Sequence record: NC_010821.1
Reading direction: 5' to 3' (one strand)
Length of the DNA: 64,000 nucleotides
The notes below the pieces were generated by a model. The model worked only from the letters and a program-made list of their open reading frames with translations. It had not been told where the DNA came from and did no database searches. Shown here one piece after another: positions 8,356-20,000 of this stretch. The translations under genes were made by a program, and so were the position numbers. Positions within the stretch are counted from its first letter, which is position 1. Each line of letters opens with the position of its first letter.

Positions 8356-10245
8356 TTAGTTCAAAGGGGTTTCGTCATCCTCTTCAGCAGCTTTGTCTTC
8401 TTCAGACTCTTCTTCTGCTGTTTCAGATTCTTCTGCGCCTTCGTCAGTCTCCTCGGACTCTTCTGATTCCTCAGTAGTGTCAGATTCTTCAACCGTGTCA
8501 TCTTCCAGATCAGCGTAGGCATCTTCCTCTTCTGGCTCACCACCAAAATCAGTTTCGTCTTCAGTGGTTTCGACTTCTTCAGTTACGCCATCAGGTCCGT
8601 CAATACCATCGGTACCGTCTTCACCAATAACTTCGTCCGTGGTCTCAACGACATCGTTCTCAGCATCGAACTCACCGCTAGTGTCAGTGGCCTCAGTTAC
8701 ATCAACTACTTCAGCAGTTTCTTCACCACCGTCTTCATAGTCAACTACCGCCAACAGACCAGAGTCATCGATTGCTCCACCTTCTTCAACTGCATTAGGA
8801 TCGATCTCAGGCAGGAAGTCTTCGATCACAATCTGCTTAGCGAGGAACAATGCAACCAAGCTAATAGTAGCCTGAGTATTCAGCTCACGCACCGACGCTT
8901 TAGGGAAGTCTTGACCCAGAGTATCGATAGTGTCCAAGTACTCGATGTAAGTGTCTTCAGGGAAGAACACACGACAGATCAGAGTAGAGAACACTTTGTA
9001 CGGGTTGGTGTAGTCATCACGACGTAGGTAGCGCAGTGATTCTTTCAGCTTAGGTTCAATCTCAGGAGACCAGCGGTCTTTAAGGATTTCCCCACGAGCA
9101 ACTTCACGGAAGGTCGAGATAACGTTATTGATACACTGACGCTCAGCGTAGTCAATTGCCGATTGCTTGATCAGCGGATAGATTGCATGCCAACGAGCGA
9201 TGAACTTATCTGAACCCGCCACAATGTGACGCAGATGAGTTACGCCTGTGTTCTCAATAGCTGCACCCAGTACAGCTTGGAAGTCACCGCCACTAATGAT
9301 CCATGGATCGAATACGTCACCGTTTACTGTCACAACAGCACGACGAGTTTCAATTGGATTAATAGCTTCGTTACGCAGAATCAGGTCGCCATCTTCACGA
9401 GCTTCCGCACGACGAATGTAAGCGCGCATCAGGTAGAAGCCAAACATCTCATGCAGCAACTTGAAGGTGTGTTGCCAATCTTCCAGAGAAACGTCAGTAC
9501 CAGGCACTTGTTCTGGATTATCGATGTAATGACCACACAGGAAATATGCGGTGAGAATATCGTCAACATTAAAAGGAGCCGCTTGCATGGACAGGTAAGG
9601 CAGGGCTGCTGGGGCAACTGGGCCTCCACCAAACAGACTGTTCCAAACAGCCAGTTGACGGTCAGCGCCAACCTTCAGTGCCCACTCGGTAACCTCTTCT
9701 TGTTCCATGTGCGGGTTGTTGATAGCACACATCTCAATGATAGCATCAGCGGTCACTGGAGACAGTACGTAAGAATCATAAATTTCTTTAGGTCGTACGT
9801 TAGTGTAACGAGTGTTAACATGGTTCACCAACACTGGGTTATCGTGAGGAGCCAGATAACGCCAAGGCACAACTTCATACTCAGCCTGTGCAACTGCTTG
9901 CTGTAGGTTAGCAAACGTTTTATGCATTTCTTTAACGGCTGGGATAATAACGTTTGAAGTATTAAACTGAATTTTGGATACGGCGTTAAACAGGTTGTTA
10001 ACAATAGCTTCACGCGAATCGTCAGCAGCAGGAGTGGAGTCCTGATTGATCTCATCGAAGTGATCTTCTACCGCAACCATCTCGGTATCAGGCAAAGCGG
10101 TATTGGTCGGCTCAGAATCGACTTGATAGGTATCAGCAAATACAGCCAAGGGGAACTCTGGGTTCCCCAAGGTCAGTACTTTACCTTCCCGAGTCAACTG
10201 TTGGGCACCGTCACGGACTGCGTCAAGAGTTTCGGATTGGTACAT
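8356..10245 (-). CDS. probable head/inner-body protein with a very acidic C-terminal tail (phiKZ gp177 / SPN3US gp243-like)
   Basis: 629 aa; last ~130 aa D/E-rich; synteny. Confidence 0.6.
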   Translation of the reverse strand: MYQSETLDAVRDGAQQLTREGKVLTLGNPEFPLAVFADTYQVDSEPTNTALPDTEMVAVEDHFDEINQDSTPAADDSREAIVNNLFNAVSKIQFNTSNVIIPAVKEMHKTFANLQQAVAQAEYEVVPWRYLAPHDNPVLVNHVNTRYTNVRPKEIYDSYVLSPVTADAIIEMCAINNPHMEQEEVTEWALKVGADRQLAVWNSLFGGGPVAPAALPYLSMQAAPFNVDDILTAYFLCGHYIDNPEQVPGTDVSLEDWQHTFKLLHEMFGFYLMRAYIRRAEAREDGDLILRNEAINPIETRRAVVTVNGDVFDPWIISGGDFQAVLGAAIENTGVTHLRHIVAGSDKFIARWHAIYPLIKQSAIDYAERQCINNVISTFREVARGEILKDRWSPEIEPKLKESLRYLRRDDYTNPYKVFSTLICRVFFPEDTYIEYLDTIDTLGQDFPKASVRELNTQATISLVALFLAKQIVIEDFLPEIDPNAVEEGGAIDDSGLLAVVDYEDGGEETAEVVDVTEATDTSGEFDAENDVVETTDEVIGEDGTDGIDGPDGVTEEVETTEDETDFGGEPEEEDAYADLEDDTVEESDTTEESEESEETDEGAEESETAEEESEEDKAAEEDDETPLN

Positions 10246-10256
10246 GTGTTAGCTCC

Positions 10257-10457
10257 TCAGTTGTAAGCTTTGAATTTAAGAATGCGACCAATCACACTGG
10301 CCTTGATATCGTTAGCTGTGATGTACTCGCCTTCGATGGTATTAGCTGCGGAGTCAGAACCCATGGTACGAGCGATTGCCTCGTATGCCAATTCAGCTGC
10401 GGCGGTCAGAACAGCTAAGTTCTGACCATGTACTACGTTGTTACTTTGCTTTTGCAT
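10257..10457 (-). CDS. small hypothetical protein
   Basis: 66 aa, overlaps the end of the beta gene. Confidence 0.55.
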   Translation of the reverse strand: MQKQSNNVVHGQNLAVLTAAAELAYEAIARTMGSDSAANTIEGEYITANDIKASVIGRILKFKAYN

Positions 10458-11580
10458 TTACAGTTCCTCGATAAACACCAGCTACCCGTTTAGAGAGAGC
10501 TTTCAAAAGAATGCTGGTCGTTGCGATTAGTTTAGGAGACATTACCATCCGTTCTTCCACAGAGGTGTTGCCGAAGATGATGTCAATTGGAGTGCCGTCT
10601 TCCAGAGTGTTAGTGCCAGTCATCACACGAGAGATAACAGTCTTCATCTGGTTACACAGTACAGCTTTGTCACCTGTACCGAATGGGATATCATGGTCGA
10701 TGTAAATACGAATAACCATGCTATCTGGTTCCAAGATCTGACCTTTAATACGGAAGGAGGAATCAACCTCACCCGAATAAGCATTACGTCCAGTTTGCTG
10801 AGCAATCTCTGCACGTGCTTTGTCTGAGGCTTCTGCGAGTTCACGCAGGTTATCAGACATGTCTTCGATGTCACCATGATAGAAACATTCGATCTTAGAA
10901 ACCGTACCTACGACCTTAGCAGTAGGGGTAGAAGACGACAGTCGTTTGAGCGTCTCAATAGAGGCATCATCAAACAGCGAGCCTGCGGCCGTTTCGGGGT
11001 CTTCAATAATACACAATATTGAACTGAGATCCAGATGGTCACCCGGCTGAACCAATTCAGATACGTGCTGATCAAACCGAACGATAACGTTCTTCACGTC
11101 AGTGGTCTGTGTATTAAGCTTCTTAGCAATAGACTCAGAAACTACCGATCCGTCTTCCAGAGTGTCCAAGTTGTCATCAAACGCAACTACACCGATTACC
11201 CCAGGCATCAGAGAAACCTGATCTGGATTGTAACGGTCTTCTTTGAAATATTTCCGGTTGTATGTAATTGTGTCACCACGTTTAAATTTGTCACCTTTCT
11301 TAAACTTGGTAACCAATTCGTGTGGATACACAACACCCGCAGCTGAACCGTGAATCGTGCCAAGGGGCATTGATTCAACTTCACCATCGGCGTACTGTAC
11401 AGTAATACCGTGTTTGTCCAACGCAACTACTTGACCATCTTGCTCTGCTGCTGTAGCAAAGATACTCGATGTACGTTGACCTACGACCTGTTCGTAACCT
11501 GTACGTACAGGCGAAAGATCGTAACCGTCAGCATACAGACCTTGTTGTTGCTGAATCGAAGCAAAGCCGATCCGCTTCAT
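10441..11580 (-). CDS. virion RNA polymerase beta subunit, exon 2
   Basis: MKRIGFASIQQQQ continues RpoB HDD.NR...Q; VRTGYE, GDKFKRGD and LEDGSVVSES RpoB-like motifs; no SD before 11580. Confidence 0.85.
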   Translation of the reverse strand: MKRIGFASIQQQQGLYADGYDLSPVRTGYEQVVGQRTSSIFATAAEQDGQVVALDKHGITVQYADGEVESMPLGTIHGSAAGVVYPHELVTKFKKGDKFKRGDTITYNRKYFKEDRYNPDQVSLMPGVIGVVAFDDNLDTLEDGSVVSESIAKKLNTQTTDVKNVIVRFDQHVSELVQPGDHLDLSSILCIIEDPETAAGSLFDDASIETLKRLSSSTPTAKVVGTVSKIECFYHGDIEDMSDNLRELAEASDKARAEIAQQTGRNAYSGEVDSSFRIKGQILEPDSMVIRIYIDHDIPFGTGDKAVLCNQMKTVISRVMTGTNTLEDGTPIDIIFGNTSVEERMVMSPKLIATTSILLKALSKRVAGVYRGTVNAKAK

Positions 11581-11916
11581 CGTGATATTCAGTATGAGTC
11601 GTTAATTCATACCCGCGCCATTACGCGCAGCTGCATGTCGCCATGCAGACTAGACTATATCTTCATCTCAGTGAGATGCTCCCCATTTCCACCCACTTGG
11701 GTGTACACCGTGATAAGCGGTTAGTCGTTGAACGTTCCTTACATTTCTGTAAGGCTTCGCTGCTGATTGTCTCAGAGAGATATCCCAGCAATTAAAGGAG
11801 ATTCCATCTAGGTATCGCTACCTAGTGGGACTGTATCTATTAAATCTTTGTATTGGATAAACCAAGTTGTCGACCACACTCAATGTAGCGTAGACTTTAC
11901 AAACATTCAATACACA
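11581..11916 (-). mobile_element. group I self-splicing intron (336 nt, no endonuclease ORF)
   Basis: Minus strand: P AAUUGCUGGG (11793-11784), Q AAUCAGCAG (11768-11760), R UCAACGACUA (11731-11722), S AAGAUAUAGUCU (11663-11652); exon ends in U, intron ends in G; splicing restores HDD|MKR in frame. Confidence 0.9.
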
Positions 11917-14900
11917 ATCATCGTGGGCAATACCAACACCCAGCAATGCAGAAGTCGAAAGCAGTTTAGACTTACCATCTTTAGATGGGTCATACAAACG
12001 GGTCAAACCACGCATCGATGTGAAGTTAGCATCTGGCGTCATGTAAGCAATAATACCTACGTCACCAGAGTCAACAGTCGACTCAGATACAACACCCAAA
12101 TCAGACTCACCATAAATACGAGTACGAGCAACCATCGATACCGCTGCACGCCCACCATCACCACGATAGGTCATGGCTTCTTGTTCACGCAGGTTAGCGA
12201 TTGGGTTGGAGTCTTCAATCGTCGCTACAGTCGGGTCGTTGAGTTTAGTCCATACTTCATGACGATCCAGAATCACCTTGACATCAGTGGAACCTTCACG
12301 TGCATTGTAACGCTTGATGGCCTTAGACAACGAACTGAAGATCTGACCTGCAATACGTTCGTAACCACGATAGCGCATGTACTGACCATCTACTTCACCC
12401 GGAGACCAATCTTCCATCAACAGTTCAACCGATCTGAACAGCAGACCTTGGAAGTCTGTCGGTTCACCCATCTCTATCAGCATACCTTCAGTGATCGGAT
12501 CAACGAATGCCTCAAACAGGAAATCGATTTCACGAATGAAACGGTTACCCATGTCTTGTTCGATCAGCACACGGTGATACACATCCTTCTTATCGAAGTC
12601 ATAACGAGAGTAATTACGCAGCACTTTGTGATAACGACGCAGACCACCTAAGACCAACATCGAACGATAATCATCGCGTGGGAACACAAGGATCTCATCG
12701 TTGAATGCCAATGTGTAATCGTCGCCAGTCACCACGATACTCTTACCACGTGAATGCGCTTGGTAGCTAACGCCCAACAGATCCAGCAAGTTAGTCAACC
12801 CGAGTTGATAGCCCAATACAAAACCAATTGGGATGTCCTTACCCGAGATCTTAACGTCAACAGCTTCCAGTGGAGCTTTAGCAGCGTTGATACCAGTCAT
12901 GTCCAACAGCGTACCCATTGGTTCCAACTCGTTACCTTCTTTAAGATAGAAGATACCAGCTTTATCCAACAGAATAGCATGTCCTTCACGAACACCTACC
13001 ATTACGTATCCATCACGTTCATTGAACTCTGGATCGATGTTGAACTTTTCCTTAAAGTACTTAGCTCGATTAGGGTAGTTGAAGTAAAGGTGATTGGCAC
13101 CGTTGTCAATACTAGCGAACTTACCGGCCATGGCCGAGTAAACACGTGGTAGGTGATATTCAGACAGATCCAACTCAATGTATTTCTGGTTGGTCACAAT
13201 CGGGTTAGTAGCATCCCGAGCTTTCGTATCGATCTGACGAGTTAACCAAACATCAAAAGCATGCTCTGCACGAGGTGAACGCATAACGAATGTTTTATTG
13301 GTATAGCTAGTCAGCGCAACCCGAGTAGGAGATACTTTACGGATTGGAATATCTGCCCGCTGAACGCGTTGACGATACGTTACGCCGTTACTGAGGAAAC
13401 GACCATCTTTATCGATAACAGGAATTGTAAAGTTAAGTTGTGAAGCCATACCACGAACCGGCTTAACTGTAACCGTGAAGGTTTGAGTGTGGTTCATAGC
13501 GTCTTCGTTTTCTTGAATCTTGATATCTGTTACAGCCACGCCTTGACGTTGAATCGCCATGATCGATTGCAAGATATCTTTTGGTAACAGAGTCTTGATG
13601 TACTTACGCATCATCGACTTGTGTACCGAACGCAACATGGATTTATCCATGATGGTTGTTTTATCAGGGAACTCGTGAGCAGGTACCTCGAAGTCTTCCT
13701 TGGCGTATTGCATGGCTTCTTTAACAGTCAGACCACTACCAAATGGATCAGGCATTTCTTCATAACGCTGGGCGTCATCAATAGCCATCTCGAATGTACG
13801 TTCAGAGATCATACCCACTTTAGCCAGACGGAATGCACGCTTTGCTACACCATCCAACATCTTATCGCCAGTAGTGAACTCTTGGTCAATAATCGTAGCT
13901 GGACGAGCCTGTTCCACCTTGAGGGTCTTAGCTGCGACCCCACTGAGTTCATCGTTTTCGATGTTAAGCGTAGTACGTTCAAGATCCAGCTCTGGTGGTG
14001 GCTCAAAAGTAACCTGCAAAATATCCAGATCGAACGACCGGTATACTTTACTGAGAGGTGGCGTTACCACCTCAGGTTCTTCGATATCGAGGTCAACACT
14101 GACTTGCTTAGCTTTGATCTCTACCGGTTCTTCCTCTTCAGAGAACTCTTCTTCGTCTTCATTAACGACGATTACTGGCTCATCAGATTCTTCAGCTTCG
14201 GCTTCGATCATGGCATTGGCTTGAACGTTAGCATCGTTCTCGATCAGTTGATCGTTACCAGCAGCATACTCAACCAGAGTAGTCATCAAACTAACAAAGC
14301 GGCGCTGAATCAACTCAGGTTTGAAGTAAGCTTCCATGCCGAATTCATCGACATAGGTTTCAAAGCCGTATGTCAATCGTTCGCTAATACCCATATCAGA
14401 GAGGTTACGTTTCTCTTCATAGGTCTCATAGTTACCGTCGGCATCTTGATAAGTCTCAAAAGTAACTGCATCTTCCAGTAGCTTGAGTTTATCCGCTTCT
14501 TTCTCTTCTTCGGTCTGTTCACGCCATTCGTCCAGCTTACCCAAGTTGATAACAAAGAAGCTACCTTGAACTCGGATAAAGAAGTTGATCTGCGGGAAGT
14601 ATTTCTTATCGACTTTAGAGACAAACGAAGTCTTACGATCTGGACCCAAGAATCGATACAGATCAAACAGATCCATCAATTCACCTGTACGGAAAGTCTC
14701 CAACAGGTTTTGAGTTTGAGACGTTTCGAACATCTTGAACTGAGCCATAGTCGGCATCGATTCAGGAACATGCAGCTCGATGAAATGGTTCCACGTTGGG
14801 AACCGAGTGCAGGCATCTTGTACCCCATCCCAGAAAGTAGCCGTGTCGTTCACCCAACGATAGTAGTTAGCTTTATAGCTAGCGATGTATCGATACAGTG

Positions 14901-15279
14901 GATTCAGCAGGTTGTAGTTAAACAACGCTACGTTCTGTTGGTTCAGTTTAACCGATTCATCACGACGCAGTGGTTTGAAGAAACGATTCTGTCTACGGAA
15001 GTCATTAATCAAAGTAGGTGGTAACACCGAAGTACGCTTTGGGTTACCTACTTCAGACTTAAGTTCGGTGATCTGTTCAAGGAACACCTTACCTTTAAGT
15101 TTGGCAATGATTGGATCTACTTGCGATGGACCTAAGACGGCTTGGTTATCCGCATGAAAGTGATACACTGTTTCCATAGGGAAATCGAATTTACCAATCG
15201 CGTGCAGACGCGGAGACTGAAGCTCCGCTGCCTGACGTAGACCAAAGCTTCTTAAAAACTGGTCAATTTTTAAACGCAT
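11917..15279 (-). CDS. virion RNA polymerase beta subunit, exon 1 (phiKZ gp178 / SPN3US gp241-like); spliced product 1500 aa
   Basis: 1121 codons ending ...GVGIAHDD; RpoB-like GVTYRQRVQRAD, YRGDGGR and ESTVDSGDVG. Confidence 0.88.
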
Positions 15280-15282
15280 GTT

Positions 15283-16935
15283 TTACTTCCTTGGGATAGG
15301 ATCGCCTGTCATATAACGCAGCGTCAAGTTAAGGGTATGAATATTCAGAGAGAATGCGATACCGCCACCGGCTCGAATATAGGCAAGACGGGATTTAAAG
15401 AATTTGTTGCACTCTGCAATGGACTCTTCCGAATAGCATGCAATCCACGAGGTGGTGTCACCATCGAAGTCAGCTGTGAGGGGAGCAAGGGTAGCAGGAG
15501 GTAGACTAATGGAGTCGTGCCACTGTGCTGGTTTGTTCAGTTCGAATACAGGGTATTCTAATGCAACTGGTAAAGTGTCATCACGTTCCCAATCCCAACC
15601 TAGTGGATAGCGCATCTCACCTTTAACAGTGGTTTTCAGGTACATGCGGCAAGGGATGGACGAGTTATAGTTCTCGATCGGGTAACGGGTAACAAAACCT
15701 ACAGTGGTATTCCACATAGATAAGCCTGCCAAGTAAACCAGCTCCGAATAAGTGAGTGGTCTAATGTTAGCCTTGTCTAAATGCTTTGGAAACTCAGAGA
15801 TATCGCGGAACACTTTAAATGTTTTATCCGGTCCTAGGTATACCAATGCCAGATAATGACCTTCGATCTCAATAGCCCGTGAACGCTGATCCACTACCTT
15901 AAGTTCGTTGATCACTTTCTCCAAACCATCAGGTGTACCCCATCGGTCGATTGTATCAACACCGATATCAACTGGCACCAACTTAAGCGTCTTCTTATCA
16001 ATAAGCTCAACTTGCTGTGTAAGGGTATCAAAGATACCGCTGAGTACAGAGTTACGCAAACCGAAGATCGTCTTAGGTTTAACCGATACAGCACCTTGAT
16101 ACAAACCGATCGCAACGTCTTTAAACTTAGGACGGTTAGGGAGGTCCAAGTCAGCAGCGTTAGTATCCAGAGAACTAATAACGTTTCGAGTACCGTTAAA
16201 GACTTTACGCGAAGCCCAGTTCGCCTGAATGAAACCACCTTTACCTGAGAGCAGTTTCTCATAATGCAGGTAGATCTCAAGTACTGTGTTCTGCAAAGCT
16301 ACACGCTTACGATCGTAAATCGACATGTCGTCATTAGGACCGAAGTACTCAGGAACGTCACGGGCTTGCATTAATAGACGACGATACATCTCGTTAACTT
16401 CGTCCATCGTAGTTCGACCGAATGCATCGATCTCAACTTCACGATAAGCGGCAGGTGCTACCAAGAATTGTTTCAGGATACAGTTAGGTTTATATTTCTC
16501 GATCAGTTGCAGTCGATTCAATCGAATACCGGAGCCTGTCGACTGGAAGTCAACGTTCTTCCAGTTATCAAAGAAGAAAGTATAACCTGTTTGACCTTCC
16601 AGTTCGTTGGACGGAACAAAGTCACGTAGGTTCCGATCGAAAATAGCAAACGCCTTACCGAGGATAATTTGTTCGTAGAAACTCTTGAGCTTTAGAATGT
16701 TACGGTAGATAACCGGATGGATTACGGGCAAACCCAGATCTATGTAACCAAAACGAGACTCACGGTCATTCGATCCGATCCGACCAAAGATCTCAACGGA
16801 GAACAAACCTTTCTCGTGAAAGTTACCGCCCAAGCCTTCGAAGATTTCGTGACTGGTGACTTGACCCAACATAGCGAGCTGTTGTTGAGTTGGAATCAGC
16901 AGTGAAATATTGAAGGGCAATAATGCCTTTTTCAT
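15283..16935 (-). CDS. virion RNA polymerase beta' N-terminal subunit (phiKZ gp180-like)
   Basis: 550 aa; catalytic ADFDGD, KGGFIQ..ASRKVFNGTRNVI, IFGRIG..GYIDLGLPVIHP. Confidence 0.9.
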   Translation of the reverse strand: MKKALLPFNISLLIPTQQQLAMLGQVTSHEIFEGLGGNFHEKGLFSVEIFGRIGSNDRESRFGYIDLGLPVIHPVIYRNILKLKSFYEQIILGKAFAIFDRNLRDFVPSNELEGQTGYTFFFDNWKNVDFQSTGSGIRLNRLQLIEKYKPNCILKQFLVAPAAYREVEIDAFGRTTMDEVNEMYRRLLMQARDVPEYFGPNDDMSIYDRKRVALQNTVLEIYLHYEKLLSGKGGFIQANWASRKVFNGTRNVISSLDTNAADLDLPNRPKFKDVAIGLYQGAVSVKPKTIFGLRNSVLSGIFDTLTQQVELIDKKTLKLVPVDIGVDTIDRWGTPDGLEKVINELKVVDQRSRAIEIEGHYLALVYLGPDKTFKVFRDISEFPKHLDKANIRPLTYSELVYLAGLSMWNTTVGFVTRYPIENYNSSIPCRMYLKTTVKGEMRYPLGWDWERDDTLPVALEYPVFELNKPAQWHDSISLPPATLAPLTADFDGDTTSWIACYSEESIAECNKFFKSRLAYIRAGGGIAFSLNIHTLNLTLRYMTGDPIPRK

Positions 16936-17006
16936 CTTACTTTACCTCAATGGGGTGTTTACGTGTTAACGATATGAATCTTTAAGATATCGATGGAGTT
17001 ATTACA

Positions 17007-20000
17007 ATGGCTAAAAAGAGTGTGCCCTTACGGAAACCAGCTGGTTCTGATGGGCAAGGCAACATCAAAGTACCCGGTGGGCCAGTTGTTCTGGACCTGG
17101 GTGATTTCGACGATATCTTTGGTCCAATGGAAAGTGAATCGCCAAAGCAGGGTCCATTGGGTCAGTTCTACACTGGACTCAAAGACTCACTTAGTGATCG
17201 ATTTAAAACAAAAGACATCGTGCGTAACTTCCTGCGCTCGGCGGCACCTGACGGTATTTCTAACGTCATGGGTTTTGCCGACGAGGCTATGGCGGTAACA
17301 CGCGACATCAAAGAATCGCTGGAACGTACTAACGCTGCTGATTTACAATACATTGCCAAGAAAGCGCAACAGATCTTACCTCAGGTTAAAGACTACGTCT
17401 CTGAGGACACTTACAACAACATCAGTGAAGGTCTAGAGAATAAGATTGATGAGTATGACTATACCATCCAATCCGGTCGAGACCAGACAGCAATTCGTCG
17501 CGCTCGTCAAGAAGAGAGCGACAGCAATCAAATAAAAGCGGCGATGGATAACATCGCTCTAACAGAACGTTTAAACCATAACAAGTCTGAACAGGCTGCT
17601 AACGCACGTCATAACCAAAGTCGTGCCGAGAACTCGATCCGTGATGTCTTAACGACTAAACGTTTTGACTTCATGGCTAAGTCCATGGGTATGGCAGTTG
17701 ATTCATTACAACGCCTTGCAGGTTATAATGAACAAGTTGATTATGGGTTTCAAAGAAAAGGTTTAGAGTTACAGTTCCGTAGTTATCTCGGTATCAAAGA
17801 ACTGGTTAAGCTTTCTGAAGCGCACCTAGAACTTAATGCTCGGGCTTATAACTCGATCGTCCGTAACACAGCATTGGCGGATCATCAGAAGACTAATCGA
17901 AAAGATTTAGGTCAGATAGGTAATGGGCAATCCAATAGTCGTGGTTTTGCATCTAATGCAGCACGTGCAATTGGTGGGAAAACCCTCTCTCAGTTCTACG
18001 GTAATTATAGTGGTAACGTACAGTCTCGAGTGACCGACTCATTGAGTCAAAAGCTCGGTATGGCGGTACAAGCTATTAAGATGGGCGAGGCTGGCCCTAA
18101 CCTTTGGGATAACAAGTATTCGTTTGCTGGCGGTATTGCCGGAGACTTCCTGTCAGATTTCCTTCTTAACGACTTAGTCCCAATGATGGGTCGTGAAGCA
18201 CGTAGTCCACTGACCAAGCTTTCTAATAAATACGGTGGTCGTCATAACCAAGCTGGTTACCTCATGGACAACATGCCGGCATTCATGCAGGAGTTCGTGA
18301 ACAACAACCAAAATCAACATGGTTGGAAAGGTTCAATCCGTAATTTGATCGCCCCCTACGTTCCACAGTTTGGATTGCAGGATCGGTTACAGAACGGAAC
18401 GTTCCAAACAATTGACCAGCATGCGGCATTTAACCAAGCCACCCAACGTAGTATCGTTGACGCTATCCCAGGCTACCTTGCTCGTATCTTACAAGAGATG
18501 CGAATGATCCGTACTGGTAGTGACCAAGTAGCGCGCGAAGTTTTTGACATGACCACGGGTAAGTTTGGTGTCGAAGCTAATATGCATGACAACATTCAGA
18601 ATCGTATCTTACCAGAGAATGCTGTTCGTAGTGCTTCGGCTACTATTAACGATGCACTCAACCAGATCGACAAAGATGGTAAGCTTAGTGCCGGTGCGCG
18701 AAAGGCATTAGGTGAGCGGTTATTACGCGACTCATCATCTAACCAACGTTTCGATCCAGAGGCGTATATCCGCACACGCGGTTACGCCCAAGGCACTAGC
18801 CCAGAAGTAGCTGCTGAACTTGAGCAACATTTCCGTGGTCAGTTTGAGTTTGACAATAAGGGTAAGATGGCTGATACCGCCGCTAACCACCAACTACGCC
18901 AAGAGTTCTCTCAAGCCTTCTTAGACATCCGTAGTATTTCTCGTGATCCAATCAAAGAAATCAATCGGATGATTAACTCTGGTCATACTGAACCCCTCCG
19001 TGCGTTGGGTATCATTGTTACTGAGAAAGGTTACGATCGGATTAACTATCCACGTATCTGGGAAATCCTTCGTAGTGGCGTAACGGGTCATAACCCTTAT
19101 GCCCCTGGTGGTGATGGAAACGATCCTAACACAATCGATCGTTCTGGTGAGGCAGGTCATAAATCTTTTATGGGTCCACAACACCCAGGTCTCGTTAAAG
19201 CTTTTGCAGCAAATAAGCTTGATGCTTTCCGTACTAAGTATGCTCCAGAGGAACAAGCAGCTCGTGACGCGATGGCTAAGCACCTTAAAGCAATGAGAGG
19301 TCGCTTTGGTTCTGCGTCTAAGAACGTCCAAGAGACCTTTGCAGACCTTACAGGCGGAAAGGGTACCGATTATACTCCTGGCATTCAAAGCTTCTCTAAG
19401 ATGATGTCAGCGGGCCCAGGCTTTGGTCCACAGAATCTAGGTGGTGGTTACTCCTCGTTTGTAGGTCAAGCTGTAGACGACCATAAAGACTCGATGCAAG
19501 GCTATGTCGCTAACGGCATGCAGCAACTCACTGACCTTTATAGTTCGTTTGATCCAACTCAACCAGTTATCAAAGGTATTGACTTTAGTATGGGTGATCT
19601 AATCGACATCAATACCAAGAAGATAATTACAAAGCCTTCTGATATCACAGGTGAAGTAATCAACCGACTCGGTCAGACTGTTGTAACTGCAACTGAAGCA
19701 GCAGCTGGCCTACTCTCACCTAAGGGTGAAGTTATTGTCAAAGCCGTTGAAGCTGGTGCAGCTGCAATTAGTAAAGCTATCGGGTTGAACCGAAAGACTA
19801 ACCAATCTGAGTCGTCTACCGACAATGAGTCAACAGATCCTAACGGGGCTGAACAACTCAATAAACAGGACTGGTCGTTGGGTCCTGGTGAGAATCCTAT
19901 TATCACCGCACGTGGTATGTTGAATGGCGACTATCGTGACGCAGCGGGTAAGATCATTGATTCGATCGCTGACATCAGTTCTGACGTTTATGACAAGACT

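Noticed and set aside
11581-11916. Possible homing endonuclease inside the intron
   Set aside because: Only 336 nt, nearly all accounted for by ribozyme helices; no HNH, GIY-YIG or LAGLIDADG ORF.
11848-14481. Long + strand ORFs (267 aa, 286 aa and others) opposite the RNAP beta gene
   Set aside because: Antisense shadows of a codon-biased gene; no RBS or recognisable motifs.
11818-15279. Track ORF of 1153 aa treated as a complete protein, with 10441-11580 as a separate gene
   Set aside because: The last 32 codons are intron sequence; the two pieces join in frame at the RpoB HDD motif.
15283-16935. Intein or intron in the beta' subunit, helicase or ligase
   Set aside because: Lengths and motif spacing are normal, with no C...HN intein termini or frame breaks.
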